Source of the DNA: an uncultured Candidatus Rokubacteria bacterium
GTDB lineage: Bacteria; Methylomirabilota; Methylomirabilia; Rokubacteriales; DASRDR01
Direction: 5' to 3'
Assembly: GCA_963805625.1 (NCBI GenBank)
Contig: CAWDVE010000010.1
Coordinates: 2,016,001 to 2,080,000, forward strand
Length of the DNA stretch: 64,000 nucleotides
Shown: positions 39,246-48,880 of the stretch, piece by piece
Numbering within the stretch: the first letter of the stretch is position 1
How the letters are laid out: each line of letters opens with the position of its first letter
The notes under the pieces: model-generated
The model's input: the letters and a program-made list of their open reading frames with translations, nothing else
What the model was told of the DNA's origin: nothing
The model's database searches: none
Position numbers and translations under genes: made by a program

Positions 39246-39293
39246 CAGTTTCTAAACTGGGGATATATTCGCCGGAGCCTCAAAGTCTGTCAA
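39246..39293 (-). promoter_or_regulatory. Promoter with palindromic operator for the ABC-tautomerase-cupin-LLM operon
   Basis: Minus-strand TTGACA (39293-39288), 17-bp spacer, AT-rich -10 (GAATAT), then the palindrome CAGTTT-NN-AAACTG (39246-39259) over the likely start site. Confidence 0.6.
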
Positions 39294-39315
39294 GGTCGTG
39301 GGCGCGGCGGGCCCG

Positions 39316-39879
39316 TCAGAACGACGGCGGCGTGATCACCCAGAGGACGACGGCCTGGGTTTGCCGGCTCGGGTTGCGGAACCCGTGCAGGCGCGTCGAG
39401 CTGAAGTAGAAGCTGTCCCCTTTTCGCAGCCGGAACACATCGTCTTCGACACGGAGCTCGAGCGTCCCGGACAGGACGAGCCCGAACTCCTCTCCGGCGT
39501 GATCGTACGCCCCTTTCGAGCCCTCTCCGGGAGCGATCGTCACGCAGAGTGGCTCCATCTTCTTGCCCCGCTGGCGCGTGATCAGGAGCTCCTTCACGAT
39601 GCTCGGATTCGTGATGGGCAGCCGGGGGCGCTCTTGCCGTCGCAGGACGATCTGGTTCCCGTCGGCGCCGTCGTCGTCGATGAAAAGCTCGACGACGGAG
39701 ACCCCGTAGCCGGCTGCGATCCTCTTGAGAGACGCGAGGGACGGCGACGCTCGCCCGGTCTCCACCTGCGACAGGTAGGCCTCGCTATACCCGGCTTTCT
39801 GCGCGACCTCTCGGAGCGTGCGCTCTTGTGCGCGTCGCAACCGCCGAAGCCGCTGGCCGAGCTCCGTCATGAGCGTCAT
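39316..39879 (-). CDS. XRE-family HTH plus cupin transcriptional regulator
   Basis: LGQRLRRLR...TLREVA...YLSQVETGRASPSL; HAGEEFGLVLSG...GDSFYF..H. True start may be ATG 39870. Confidence 0.93.
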   Translation of the reverse strand: MTLMTELGQRLRRLRRAQERTLREVAQKAGYSEAYLSQVETGRASPSLASLKRIAAGYGVSVVELFIDDDGADGNQIVLRRQERPRLPITNPSIVKELLITRQRGKKMEPLCVTIAPGEGSKGAYDHAGEEFGLVLSGTLELRVEDDVFRLRKGDSFYFSSTRLHGFRNPSRQTQAVVLWVITPPSF

Positions 39880-39990
39880 GATGCGAGGGCGCGGGAAGGT
39901 CTGTCAACCTGGGGTCAGGCCTTGGTGTTGAGTCTACTCAAGATTGACCCCGGGCAGTGACGATTGGGGACTATGCTCGAGCACCGGGGA

Positions 39991-40077
39991 TCAGGCCGCC
40001 CGGGGCGGCAGGGTGGCCGTGAGCTTCTCAGCCGGAGTGTGGCCCTTGAGAGCGAGCGAGAGCCGCTGGTAGTCATA
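39991..40077 (-). mobile_element. Remnant of an IS481/IS3-like integrase-core transposase C-terminus
   Basis: YDYQRLSLALKGHTPAEKL resembles the YNxxRxHxxLxGxTPxE motif. Confidence 0.45.
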
Positions 40078-40149
40078 CGTCGCCCCCCAACCTCGGAGTG
40101 TCGCGGAGCTATCGGACGCTCGGGAAGCCGGGCGGCCAGCCCGGTAACG

Positions 40150-40320
40150 GAATCGAGTCCCTATTTCCTCACCGGCTTCGCCGCGTGCGGCCTCTGCACC
40201 GGGAGCTTGGAGGTGCGAAGCCGGCTCACGGGCACCCGGCGAGCCCACGTCTACGCGTGCGCGACGTACCAACGGCGCGGATTCAGCGTCTGCGGGAACC
40301 GCCTGGTCGCGCCGCCCACT
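40150..40320 (+). mobile_element. Remnant of a large serine recombinase zinc-beta-ribbon domain
   Basis: SPYFLTGFAACGLCTGSL...YACATYQRRGFSVCGN (YLLxG..CxxCG...YxC...C pattern). Confidence 0.6.
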
Positions 40321-40376
40321 GTGGGCGAGGCCGTCCTCGACAACTGTTCCCTGGAACCCCTCGTCGGCTCGCCCCG

Positions 40377-41228
40377 TTACGTCCGGAGCCGGGGATCCAG
40401 GACGTCCCGCGTGGCGTCCCCGAGGAAGTTGAAGCTCAGCGTCGTGAGGAAGATCGCGGCGCCGGGGGCCAGGCTGAGCCACGGCGCCATTTCGAGGTAC
40501 TCGCGTCCCGTGTTCAGCATGGCGCCCCAGCTCGGGGTCGGGGGCTGAGCCCCGAGGCCCAAGAACGACAGGCCGGCCTCGGTCAGGACCGCGAACGCCA
40601 GGCGAAGGGACGCGTGGATCACGACCACCGCCACCGTGCCGGGGACGATGTGCCGGACCACGATGCGCCGGTCGCCCGCGCCGAGCGCCCGGGCGGCCTC
40701 GACGAACTCCTGCGACCGCAACGTCAGCACCTGCCCCCGGACGAGCCGGGCGAAGCCCGGGATGCCGATGACGCCGATGGCGATCATCGCGTTTCGAAGA
40801 CTCGGCCCGAGGGCGGCGGTGATGGCGAGCGCCAGGACGATCGACGGGAACGCCAGAAGGCCGTCCATCACCCGCATGATCACATTGTCGAGCCAGCCGG
40901 CGTGGTAGCCGGAGACCAGCCCCAGAACGACCCCCAGGCCCAGGGACAGCGCGACGGCAAGCACCCCGACGCCGAGGGACACTCGCGCCCCGTACAGGAC
41001 CCGGCTGAGAATGTCGCGCCCGAGATCGTCGGTCCCGAGCCAATGTGTCCGCCCCGGCGATTCCAGCATGCGGTCGAGCACCTGCTCCGTCGGATCGAAT
41101 GGGGCGAGGGCGGGGCCGAGCAATGCCAGGAGCGTGAGGACACCGACCGCGATCAGACTGACGACGCCCATCCGACTCCAGCGCCACCGAACGCGGGCGG
41201 CGGGTCCGCTGGACTCGGTGGAGCGCAC
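40377..41228 (-). CDS. Peptide/nickel ABC permease (DppC-like)
   Basis: HWLGTDDLGRD, EAGLSFLGLG, PSWGAML, LDPR. Start uncertain. Confidence 0.9.
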   Translation of the reverse strand: MRSTESSGPAARVRWRWSRMGVVSLIAVGVLTLLALLGPALAPFDPTEQVLDRMLESPGRTHWLGTDDLGRDILSRVLYGARVSLGVGVLAVALSLGLGVVLGLVSGYHAGWLDNVIMRVMDGLLAFPSIVLALAITAALGPSLRNAMIAIGVIGIPGFARLVRGQVLTLRSQEFVEAARALGAGDRRIVVRHIVPGTVAVVVIHASLRLAFAVLTEAGLSFLGLGAQPPTPSWGAMLNTGREYLEMAPWLSLAPGAAIFLTTLSFNFLGDATRDVLDPRLRT

Positions 41229-41235
41229 GGCCGGC

Positions 41236-42181
41236 TCAGTGGTAGCGGATCCGGGGATCCAGCCACGCATAGGTGAGATCGACGAGGAGATTCACGACGA
41301 GAAAGTTGACCGCCAACAACAGGACCACACCTTGCACGATCGGGAAATCGCGCTGGAAGATCGCATCGACGAGAAGCCGTCCGACACCCGGAAGCGCGAA
41401 GATCGTCTCGGTGATGACCGCACCGCCCAGGAGGGCCCCCGCTTGGAGGCCGACGACCGTCACCACCGGGATGAGCGCGTTCCGCAGGGCATGTCCTCAG
41501 CACGATCCGGCGCTCGGGGAGTCCTTTCGCCCGGGCCGTGCGGACGTACTCGAGCTCGAGAACCTCGAGCAGGCTCGCCCGGGTCATCCGCATCAGAACG
41601 GCGGCGATCGCCACCCCCAACGTGACGGACGGCAGCACGAGCGACCGGACCCAGGCTCCGAGATCGCGGCTAGGGCTCACCCAGCCGAGCGGTGGCAGCC
41701 ACCCCAGGGTCAGCGAGAAGACCAGGATCAACAGCACCGCCAACCAGAAGCTCGGCAGGGAGACACCGGAGATGGCCACCAACGTGGCCGTCACGTCCAC
41801 CACCGAGTTGCGGCGGAGCGCAGCCAGGATTCCGGCGGGAAGGCCGATCGCGAGCGCTACGAGCAGCGCGGCCATGGCCAGGCTCAACGTCACGGGTGCT
41901 CGCTGGCGAATCGCGTCCATGACCGGCTGGTTCGTGCGGATGGACCGTCCGAGCTCGCCCTGGACCGCGCGCCCGAGCCACGTCAAGTATTGCAGTGGAA
42001 GGGGCTGATCGAGGCCAAGCTGGTGCCGGAGCGTCGCCACCGTGGCCGGGTCCGCCTCCTCGCGGAGCATGATACGGACTGGGTCCCCAGGCGTGAGGTG
42101 GATCAGGGAGAACACAACGACGCTCACGACCCCGAGGATCGGCACGACCGCACCGGCACGGCGGAGCAGGTAGCCGAGCAC
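41236..42181 (-). pseudogene. Peptide/nickel ABC permease (DppB-like) with a +1 frameshift near 41494
   Basis: [19 protein letters not shown], then an extra base (CTG AGG A CAT GCC CTG CGG AAC); [15 protein letters not shown]...[10 protein letters not shown]...LDPRIR continues in another frame. Confidence 0.8.
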
Positions 42182-42311
42182 GCGACCGCCTCAGCGCGGC
42201 CGGCCCGCGCGGTCGATGGCCACGGCCCGAGGATGGCGGAGACGTCGGGGCGTGAGCGTCCCGGCGGCCGGCGTGCCGCTGATCACACGGACGGACGACG
42301 CCGCGGGTCCC

Positions 42312-43844
42312 TCACCGACCGAGCCAAACCCGCTCCAAACGCATGCGTCCGTCGGGGATCTCGGCGTATCCCTGGACCCTGGCCTCCCACGCCTTGGTCC
42401 ATGCGTCGTGGTGCAGAAAGATAACCGGGACCTCGTCGATGACGATTCGGAGAGCCTCCCCGTAGAGGCGTTTCCGCTCGCTCTGCTGACTCGCCGAGCG
42501 CGCGCCCCGGAGGAGCTCGTCAAGCCGGGGGTTCGAGAACTTGCCCCAGTTGTTGGTCCCCCCGGTGATCAGGTGCGCATACATGTTGCCGTCCGGATCG
42601 GCACGGCCACTCCACAGCCCCTCGGCCCCATCGAACTGAGTCGCTCTCCGTTTCTCGTCGAAGGCCCCGACCTCGAGCAGGGCGATCTCCATGTCGACAC
42701 CCATTTTCTTCAGGTTGTCCTGGATGATCTCCGCCTGCTTCTGGGCCACGGGGGTGTTCACGATATTCAGCACGAACCGGAAGCCGTTCGGTTGGCCACC
42801 CTCGGCGAGCTTCTCCTTCGCCTTCGCGAGGTCGGGCGTCCCACCGTAGCCAGCGAGGGGTTCGTAGGCCCAGCTCCGAGGCGGGATCGGACCCTGAGCA
42901 AGCGCCCCCGTGCCGAAGAACACGGCTCGCTGGATGGCCTCACGGTTGATGGCCCAGGCCACCGCTTGCCGGATGGCCTTGTTGTTGAAGGGTGGTCGTG
43001 TATGGTTCAGCTCGATGCGCCGGTAACCGAGCCCGGGTGTCTCGATCACGCGAAGCTTGGGGTTCGCCTTGGTGCCGGCCAGGTCCTTCGGGGGAAGCTC
43101 GTCGATCAGGTCTAGAGTGCTGGTCCGGAGCGCGGTCAGCTTGACCGTATGGTCGGGGATCGGCTTGTAGACGATCTCGTCGAGATAGGGCAGCCCGGTC
43201 TTCCAGTATCCGGCGACCCGCCGGACCGTGAGGTGGTCATCCTTGACCCACTCGACGAACTGAAACGGGCCAGTGCCCACGGGATTGCGAGCGAAGTCCT
43301 TGCCGAACTTCTCGACGGCTGCCCGCGAGACCATCATCCCGGCGCGATCGGCCAGGGTCGCGAGCAGCGCCGCATCGGGCTGCTTGAGGTTGACCCGGAT
43401 CATGTGAGGGTCGGTGACGTCCACGGACTTGACATTCCCGAGCTCGCTCCGGCGGATCGATCCCGTGGCGGGATCGAGCATCCGCTCGAAGTTCCACTTC
43501 ACGACGTCCGCGGTCAAGTCGGTCCCGTCGTGGAACTTCACGCCTCGCCGAAGGCGAAAGATGTACGTGAGCGGGTCCGGCTGCTCCCAGGACTCGGCAA
43601 GCTCGGGGACGATCTTGAGATTCGCATCCAACCCGACAAGGGGGGTATAGAGCTGGTAGTAGAGGTCCCGGTCCTCTGCAGACGTGGACATGTGGGGGTC
43701 CAAAGTCGTGAAGTCAGCCTGGAGTCCGACCCGGAGGGTCCCACCGCGCTGCGGCTCCTGGCCCGTGGCGGGCATGCCCAGCGCCAGAGTGGCCCCGGCG
43801 ATCGTCGCGACCAGGAGGCCTCGCCAACTCCGTCGTCCACCCAT
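42312..43844 (-). CDS. Peptide/nickel ABC substrate-binding protein
   Basis: AAAGGAG RBS, signal peptide, TLDPH, PELAESW, GVKFHDG, PVGTGPF. Confidence 0.93.
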   Translation of the reverse strand: MGGRRSWRGLLVATIAGATLALGMPATGQEPQRGGTLRVGLQADFTTLDPHMSTSAEDRDLYYQLYTPLVGLDANLKIVPELAESWEQPDPLTYIFRLRRGVKFHDGTDLTADVVKWNFERMLDPATGSIRRSELGNVKSVDVTDPHMIRVNLKQPDAALLATLADRAGMMVSRAAVEKFGKDFARNPVGTGPFQFVEWVKDDHLTVRRVAGYWKTGLPYLDEIVYKPIPDHTVKLTALRTSTLDLIDELPPKDLAGTKANPKLRVIETPGLGYRRIELNHTRPPFNNKAIRQAVAWAINREAIQRAVFFGTGALAQGPIPPRSWAYEPLAGYGGTPDLAKAKEKLAEGGQPNGFRFVLNIVNTPVAQKQAEIIQDNLKKMGVDMEIALLEVGAFDEKRRATQFDGAEGLWSGRADPDGNMYAHLITGGTNNWGKFSNPRLDELLRGARSASQQSERKRLYGEALRIVIDEVPVIFLHHDAWTKAWEARVQGYAEIPDGRMRLERVWLGR

Positions 43845-44438
43845 GATGTGCTCCTTTCTACACGGCTCTACACGGCATGCTTGGGGATCGGACTCTCGGC
43901 GACCTCCATACCAAGAGCAGTCGCCTCGGCTGGCCGAACCTGTCCCGGCCGTCCATCCCAATGGTCGCTTGGAGAGTCATCTCTGGGCTGTCCGTACGTC
44001 AACGGCTCGCGCTCGCCCTCCGCTGCCGTGAACGCGACGTCATCCAGGGCGCCCGCGTCGAAGCGGTTCGGGCCCGGGCGCGACTCGACCACACTCGGTG
44101 CCCCCCTCCCTTGCTCCACGGGGTCTCCCTGTCCCGGCGAGGCGGTCGGCACCCTTCCGGGCCACCCGCGCGGGCACCTGTACCACGTCGTCCGCAAGAA
44201 CGTCAACATCGGTTCCCCTCGAAGACTCACCCGAGATCGCGTCACGTGTTCGGATCCGAGCCTGGCGGCCCCGCAATTGCCCGAGTCGACGGCCAGCACC
44301 GCTGCCAGTATGGGCAGATGCTATCCTGTGGTCCGTCGGCTGGCCGGCCCTCGACGGGTGCGCCATGCCGTCGCGAAAACTCACTTTCCGACCGGGGGAC
44401 CCGGGGACCCGAGGCGTCGCCCTACCTGAGAGCAAGCC

Positions 44439-45563
44439 ATGGACCTCCGCGCGATCCAACAGGAGTTCCCCATCCGGGCCCATCGTGTCTACTTGAACAA
44501 CGCCGCGATCGCTCCGGCCTCGACACCGGTGATCACCGCGATGAACCGGTTCCTCGCCGACATCCGCGATCACGGCGATGGCCATTATCTCGACTGGTGC
44601 CGGCACACCGACGACGTCATCAAGCGGAAGATCGCTGCCCTCATCGGGGCCGACCGCTCGGAGATCGCGTTCGTCAAGAACACGACCGAGGGCGTGCTCC
44701 TCGTCGCCAACGGTTTGGACTGGGCGCCCGGCGACAACGTCATTGTCCCCGACATCGAGTATCCGTCGAACGTCTACTGCTGGATGAATCTCCGCCGGCA
44801 GGGGGTCGGAATCAAGTGGATCAAGAGCCGCGAAGGCCGGGTCCTCGTGGAGGACATTGCGCCACTAATTGATGAGCGCACGCGTCTGGTCACGCTGAGT
44901 GCCGTGCAGTTCTCCAATGGCTTCCGGCAGGACCTCATGCGGACGGCCGAGCTCTGCCAGAGCCGGAACGTCCTCCTCAATCTCGACGCGATCCAGCACA
45001 TCGGGGCGCTTCACTTCGACGCGAGCCGGTGTCCCGTGGATTTCCTCTCGGCAGGGGGACATAAGTGGCTGCTTGGTCCGATCGGCACGGGATTCTTCTT
45101 CTGCCGACGCTCGGCTCTCGATCGGCTCCGTCCAGCCAACGTCGGGTATCACAGCGTTGCCAAGGACGCCGACCACCTCGACTACGACCTCGCGTTTCGC
45201 CCGGACGCGGGCCGCTTCGAGGAGGCGCTTGTCAACTTCCCGGGTCTCTGGGGACTCGAAGCGGCGGTCGACCTGGTCCTCGCTCTCGGTACCCGTCGCA
45301 TCGAGCAGCACGTCCTCGACCTCACGTCGCGCCTGATCGACGGCCTCCTCGAGCGAGGGTACCTCGTCCTGAGCTCCGGGCACGCCGACGAGCGATCCGG
45401 CATCGTCACGTTCCGGCATCCGACCCGGAACGCGGACGAGCTGCACGCGCACCTTCAGGCCGCCCGCATCGACGTCGCCCTGTGCCTCGGCGCCCTCCGA
45501 GCCTCGCCCGGAGCCTACAACGACGAGGCCGACGTCCAGGCTCTGCTCGAGACGCTGCCCTGA
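44439..45563 (+). CDS. Class V PLP-dependent aminotransferase/cysteine desulfurase-like enzyme
   Basis: YLNNAA, FVKNTTEG, EYPSN, LDAIQ, GGHKWLLGP (PLP lysine). Confidence 0.9.
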   Translation: MDLRAIQQEFPIRAHRVYLNNAAIAPASTPVITAMNRFLADIRDHGDGHYLDWCRHTDDVIKRKIAALIGADRSEIAFVKNTTEGVLLVANGLDWAPGDNVIVPDIEYPSNVYCWMNLRRQGVGIKWIKSREGRVLVEDIAPLIDERTRLVTLSAVQFSNGFRQDLMRTAELCQSRNVLLNLDAIQHIGALHFDASRCPVDFLSAGGHKWLLGPIGTGFFFCRRSALDRLRPANVGYHSVAKDADHLDYDLAFRPDAGRFEEALVNFPGLWGLEAAVDLVLALGTRRIEQHVLDLTSRLIDGLLERGYLVLSSGHADERSGIVTFRHPTRNADELHAHLQAARIDVALCLGALRASPGAYNDEADVQALLETLP

Positions 45564-45839
45564 TCATCTCATGGTGCGGGCTGACTAGGTGTGACCCCGC
45601 CGCCGCCCACGGTGGCCCGGCTCACGCCCACCCACGGGGCGATCTGGGCGCCTAGAAACGTTCCCGCACCGGGTCTTCGAGTCGCTCGAGCCGCCAACGG
45701 TGATCCTCAAAGATGAGCCTCCCGATGGTCTCAAGGCGGTCCCCGATAGCATCCGGGCGCCTGTCGACATCGTCCGCTCGACCGAGCCCCCCGCTTGCGC
45801 GGTGACGCCCGGCGCCGCCCCTTCTGTGTGGCAGTCTGG

Positions 45840-46460
45840 TCACGGGAAGAAGTAACTGATACCGACCACCACGGCGCTCGAATTGATCCCGATGTTCGGG
45901 GAGCACCGGGCGCCGTTCGAGATGTGCTGATAACGATAGGCGGCGGTCAACGCCGTCCGGTCCGAGACGAACAGCATCGCGCCGGCGCCGGCCTGCACCA
46001 GGAAGTTCACGTCGCAGGTCGACCGGCTCCGGTCGATTTCTCCGCTCAGCACGCCCAGCCCCGCTTCCAGGTATGGTCGCACCAGCGGCCCGGTTGCGAA
46101 GATCCACCTGACCAGGGCGCTCAGGCCCGCGACCGTGGTGGAATTGCGGGCGTCCTGGCGCAAGACAGCCGGTTCGGCCAGCAGCTCGAAGTTGCCGCGC
46201 GGCCACCCCGAACCGTGCTCGTCCGTCACGACGTAGCCGAGGTGCGGGAGAAACTGGAGCGTCTCCACGCTCTCGAGACCGTTCGCGGGGCCCACTTGGT
46301 GGCTGACTGAGTATCCGCCGGCCAGCGTGACGTCCCACATGCCTGCCCGCAGCGGCTGCTGCGCTAGGCCGTCCCCAGGCGCGGTCAAGAATGCCACCCC
46401 CGCTACCGCACCCACGAACCTACCCCGCCGGGCGCCCGCTTCTCGCCGTGCTCGCGCCAT
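45840..46460 (-). CDS. PagL-like acyloxyacyl hydrolase/lipid A 3-O-deacylase outer-membrane beta-barrel
   Basis: Signal peptide, PYLEAGLG, NFLVQAGAG, YRYQHISN..PNIGINS, terminal aromatic strand GISYFFP. Confidence 0.8.
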   Translation of the reverse strand: MARARREAGARRGRFVGAVAGVAFLTAPGDGLAQQPLRAGMWDVTLAGGYSVSHQVGPANGLESVETLQFLPHLGYVVTDEHGSGWPRGNFELLAEPAVLRQDARNSTTVAGLSALVRWIFATGPLVRPYLEAGLGVLSGEIDRSRSTCDVNFLVQAGAGAMLFVSDRTALTAAYRYQHISNGARCSPNIGINSSAVVVGISYFFP

Positions 46461-46585
46461 TGCCCAGTTCGAACCGCATCTCATCAGGGAGCGCAGCGTC
46501 AGTGGATCGCGCCCCGCGACGCCGCCTGACCCCCGGTCAACGCAACGACACCAGAGTCCCTGACTCAGTCTGTTCGAGTCTACGT

Positions 46586-47065
46586 CTAGGAAGGCTCCCG
46601 AAACTTGGTGATCGCGCTGTCCAACGCTGCCTTGAGCTCGCCCCAGGCTTTCTCCGCGCCCGTCTTCAACTCGCCGAGCGCGGCCCGGGCAGGCTCCCGC
46701 TTCGCCCGCCATTCCTTCGTCAGGCGCTTGGCCTCCTTCTCGGCCTGCTCCGCTCGATCGCGCAGATCCCCGATGAGGGGACGGAGCTCTCGCAACTGAG
46801 TCTGGATCGCGCCGTGAAGTCGCTCGACAAGAATCTTCACGGTTGTCTCGCCGCTCTCGGCCTTTGCTTGCGAGCTTTCCAGGGCCTTGCTCCACGCCTT
46901 GAGCTTGGCCTCGATCTCTCCGCGGAGCTCGTCGATCTGCTCGTAGTACCCTCTCCGGGCCTCCGCCACAGCCTTGTCTGCCTTGGCCTTCAGGCTCTCC
47001 AGTTCGGTAGCCCATTCCCGGAGCTGGGCCTCGATTTTCGCTTCCAGCGGCTCGCCCTTGCTCAT
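46586..47065 (-). CDS. Coiled-coil protein (Sll1863-like stress-response family)
   Basis: GGGAGG RBS; KIEAQLREW..ELESLKAKA...KAWGELKAALDSA, with internally repeated helices. Confidence 0.75.
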   Translation of the reverse strand: MSKGEPLEAKIEAQLREWATELESLKAKADKAVAEARRGYYEQIDELRGEIEAKLKAWSKALESSQAKAESGETTVKILVERLHGAIQTQLRELRPLIGDLRDRAEQAEKEAKRLTKEWRAKREPARAALGELKTGAEKAWGELKAALDSAITKFREPS

Positions 47066-47506
47066 CGTGACCTCCCTTGTACGAACGCCTTCATCGATCA
47101 GATTGTATGACCAGCAAGTTTGCCGCAAGTTTGTCCAAAGACCGGCCGGCTCAAGCGCTTGATCGCTCTCTTCCAGAGCACGTGCCCTGCGCACCTTGAT
47201 CCTTGACCCTTGCGTCAGCCGAAGCCGCTGGCCGTCGTCCCCGACCGACCAGGCCGTCGTGCGTGAAGCATGGACGCGGCCTCGGTCGGGGAACCAGCCA
47301 GGTACTCGACACCGGTGACGACGCGGACGGCGCGTACCCCGCAGGGCCCCTTGACGGCTCCGCGCGCGTGTCGTCTCATCGGGGCGTCCGACACGCGATG
47401 ACGACCGCCCTTCACGCCGCCCCGTTCCGGTGCCGTCCGACCGCGTGACCGCGCCCCGGCCGGGAAGCTTCCCCTCCCCGATGAGCGCGAGCCGCGAGGA
47501 GCCGCC

Positions 47507-48859
47507 GTGAGGCCTGTCGAGCGCGTGGTCGACCTGAGCGTGCCGATCCACGAGGGCATGCCGGTCGACGACCTCGGACCGAAATTCTGGGTGCGGCTCT
47601 CGCACGCGGCCTCCCGGCCCCTCTACCAGTACACGCAATCGCGTGAGGGGCGCGTCTTCCTGACCACGGACCACGTCGGAACGCATCTCGACGGGCCGCT
47701 GCGCTTCGACCCGAAGGGCGCGTCCGTCGAGCAGCTCCCGCTCGACCGCGTGATTCGCCCGGCGCGCCTCCTCGACCTGCGCGGCGCCGCGTGCGGCCAG
47801 GCCATCGGCGCCGCCGAGCTGGAACACGCCGGCGCCGACCTCCAGGCGGGCGACGCCGCCGTCCTGTGGACCGGCCACGACTTGCACCTCGAGAGCCCCG
47901 ACTACTTCTGGCATCGGCCGTGGCTCGGGATGGACGGGGCCGGGTGGCTGGTCCGCCACCGCGCGGGCATCGTCGCCGCCGACTTTCCCGGACTCGGGCC
48001 GCCGCGCGACGACCGGTACGAAGTGAAGCGGGCGCTCCACCGGGGGGGCGCGCTGACCGTCGAGCAGCTCACCGGCCTGGCGGCGCTGGCCGGGGTGCAG
48101 TGGCACCTCGCTGCGTGTCCCCTGCGGATCCGCGGTACGCCCGGCTCGCTGGTCCGCGCCGCGGCGCTGGTTGGCTTCACCGCGCGAGAGGTCGTGGACC
48201 TGAGCCTCGACATCTATCCCGGGATGACGGCGCTGGGCGGTGCTGTGCCCACCTACTGGTCGCGGGCCAGCCACGAGCTGACGGCGTTCTTCTACAGGAA
48301 CGAGCTGTCGTACCAGACGACGTCGATGCTGCTGAGCGAGCACGCGGGCACGCACATCGACTCCCCGTATCACTTCGACCCGGACGGGGCCGCCATCGAG
48401 GCGATGACGCTCGACGCGCTCTTCGCGCGGGCGCGGATGCTCGACCTCACGGCGAAGCGGCCGCTCGAGGGCATCGGCCCCGACGACCTCGACGCGGCCC
48501 TCGGCCGGCTCGGGGAGCCCCTTGACCCCGGTGACGCCGCTGTGGTCTGGACCGACCACTCGCGGAACTACGAGCGGCCCGACTACACGCACCACCGTCC
48601 CTTCATCACGGCCGAGGGCGCGGCCTGGCTGGCAGCCCACCGGCCGGGGCTCGTGGCGACGGATCTGGTCGGGCTGGACGAGCCGGTCGACCACGTCACG
48701 CCGGTGCACAACTGCCTGCTCCGCGCGGGGATTCCCCAGCTCCAGGTCCTGACCAACCTCGGTCGCCTGGCGGGCCGCGAGGCCTACGTGGCCGCGTTCC
48801 CGCTCAAGCTCGTCGGCGGGACCGGCTCGCCACTCCGGGCCTTCGCTGTGCTCGCGTAG
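47507..48859 (+). CDS. Cyclase-family (kynurenine formamidase-like) metal hydrolase with two tandem domains
   Basis: Two VVDLS...HxGTHxDxP motifs (HVGTHLDGPLRF and HAGTHIDSPYHF) and two PL(R/K)..G..GS endings. Confidence 0.9.
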   Translation: MRPVERVVDLSVPIHEGMPVDDLGPKFWVRLSHAASRPLYQYTQSREGRVFLTTDHVGTHLDGPLRFDPKGASVEQLPLDRVIRPARLLDLRGAACGQAIGAAELEHAGADLQAGDAAVLWTGHDLHLESPDYFWHRPWLGMDGAGWLVRHRAGIVAADFPGLGPPRDDRYEVKRALHRGGALTVEQLTGLAALAGVQWHLAACPLRIRGTPGSLVRAAALVGFTAREVVDLSLDIYPGMTALGGAVPTYWSRASHELTAFFYRNELSYQTTSMLLSEHAGTHIDSPYHFDPDGAAIEAMTLDALFARARMLDLTAKRPLEGIGPDDLDAALGRLGEPLDPGDAAVVWTDHSRNYERPDYTHHRPFITAEGAAWLAAHRPGLVATDLVGLDEPVDHVTPVHNCLLRAGIPQLQVLTNLGRLAGREAYVAAFPLKLVGGTGSPLRAFAVLA

Positions 48860-48880
48860 GCGGAGGGGCCGAGGAGTCCG

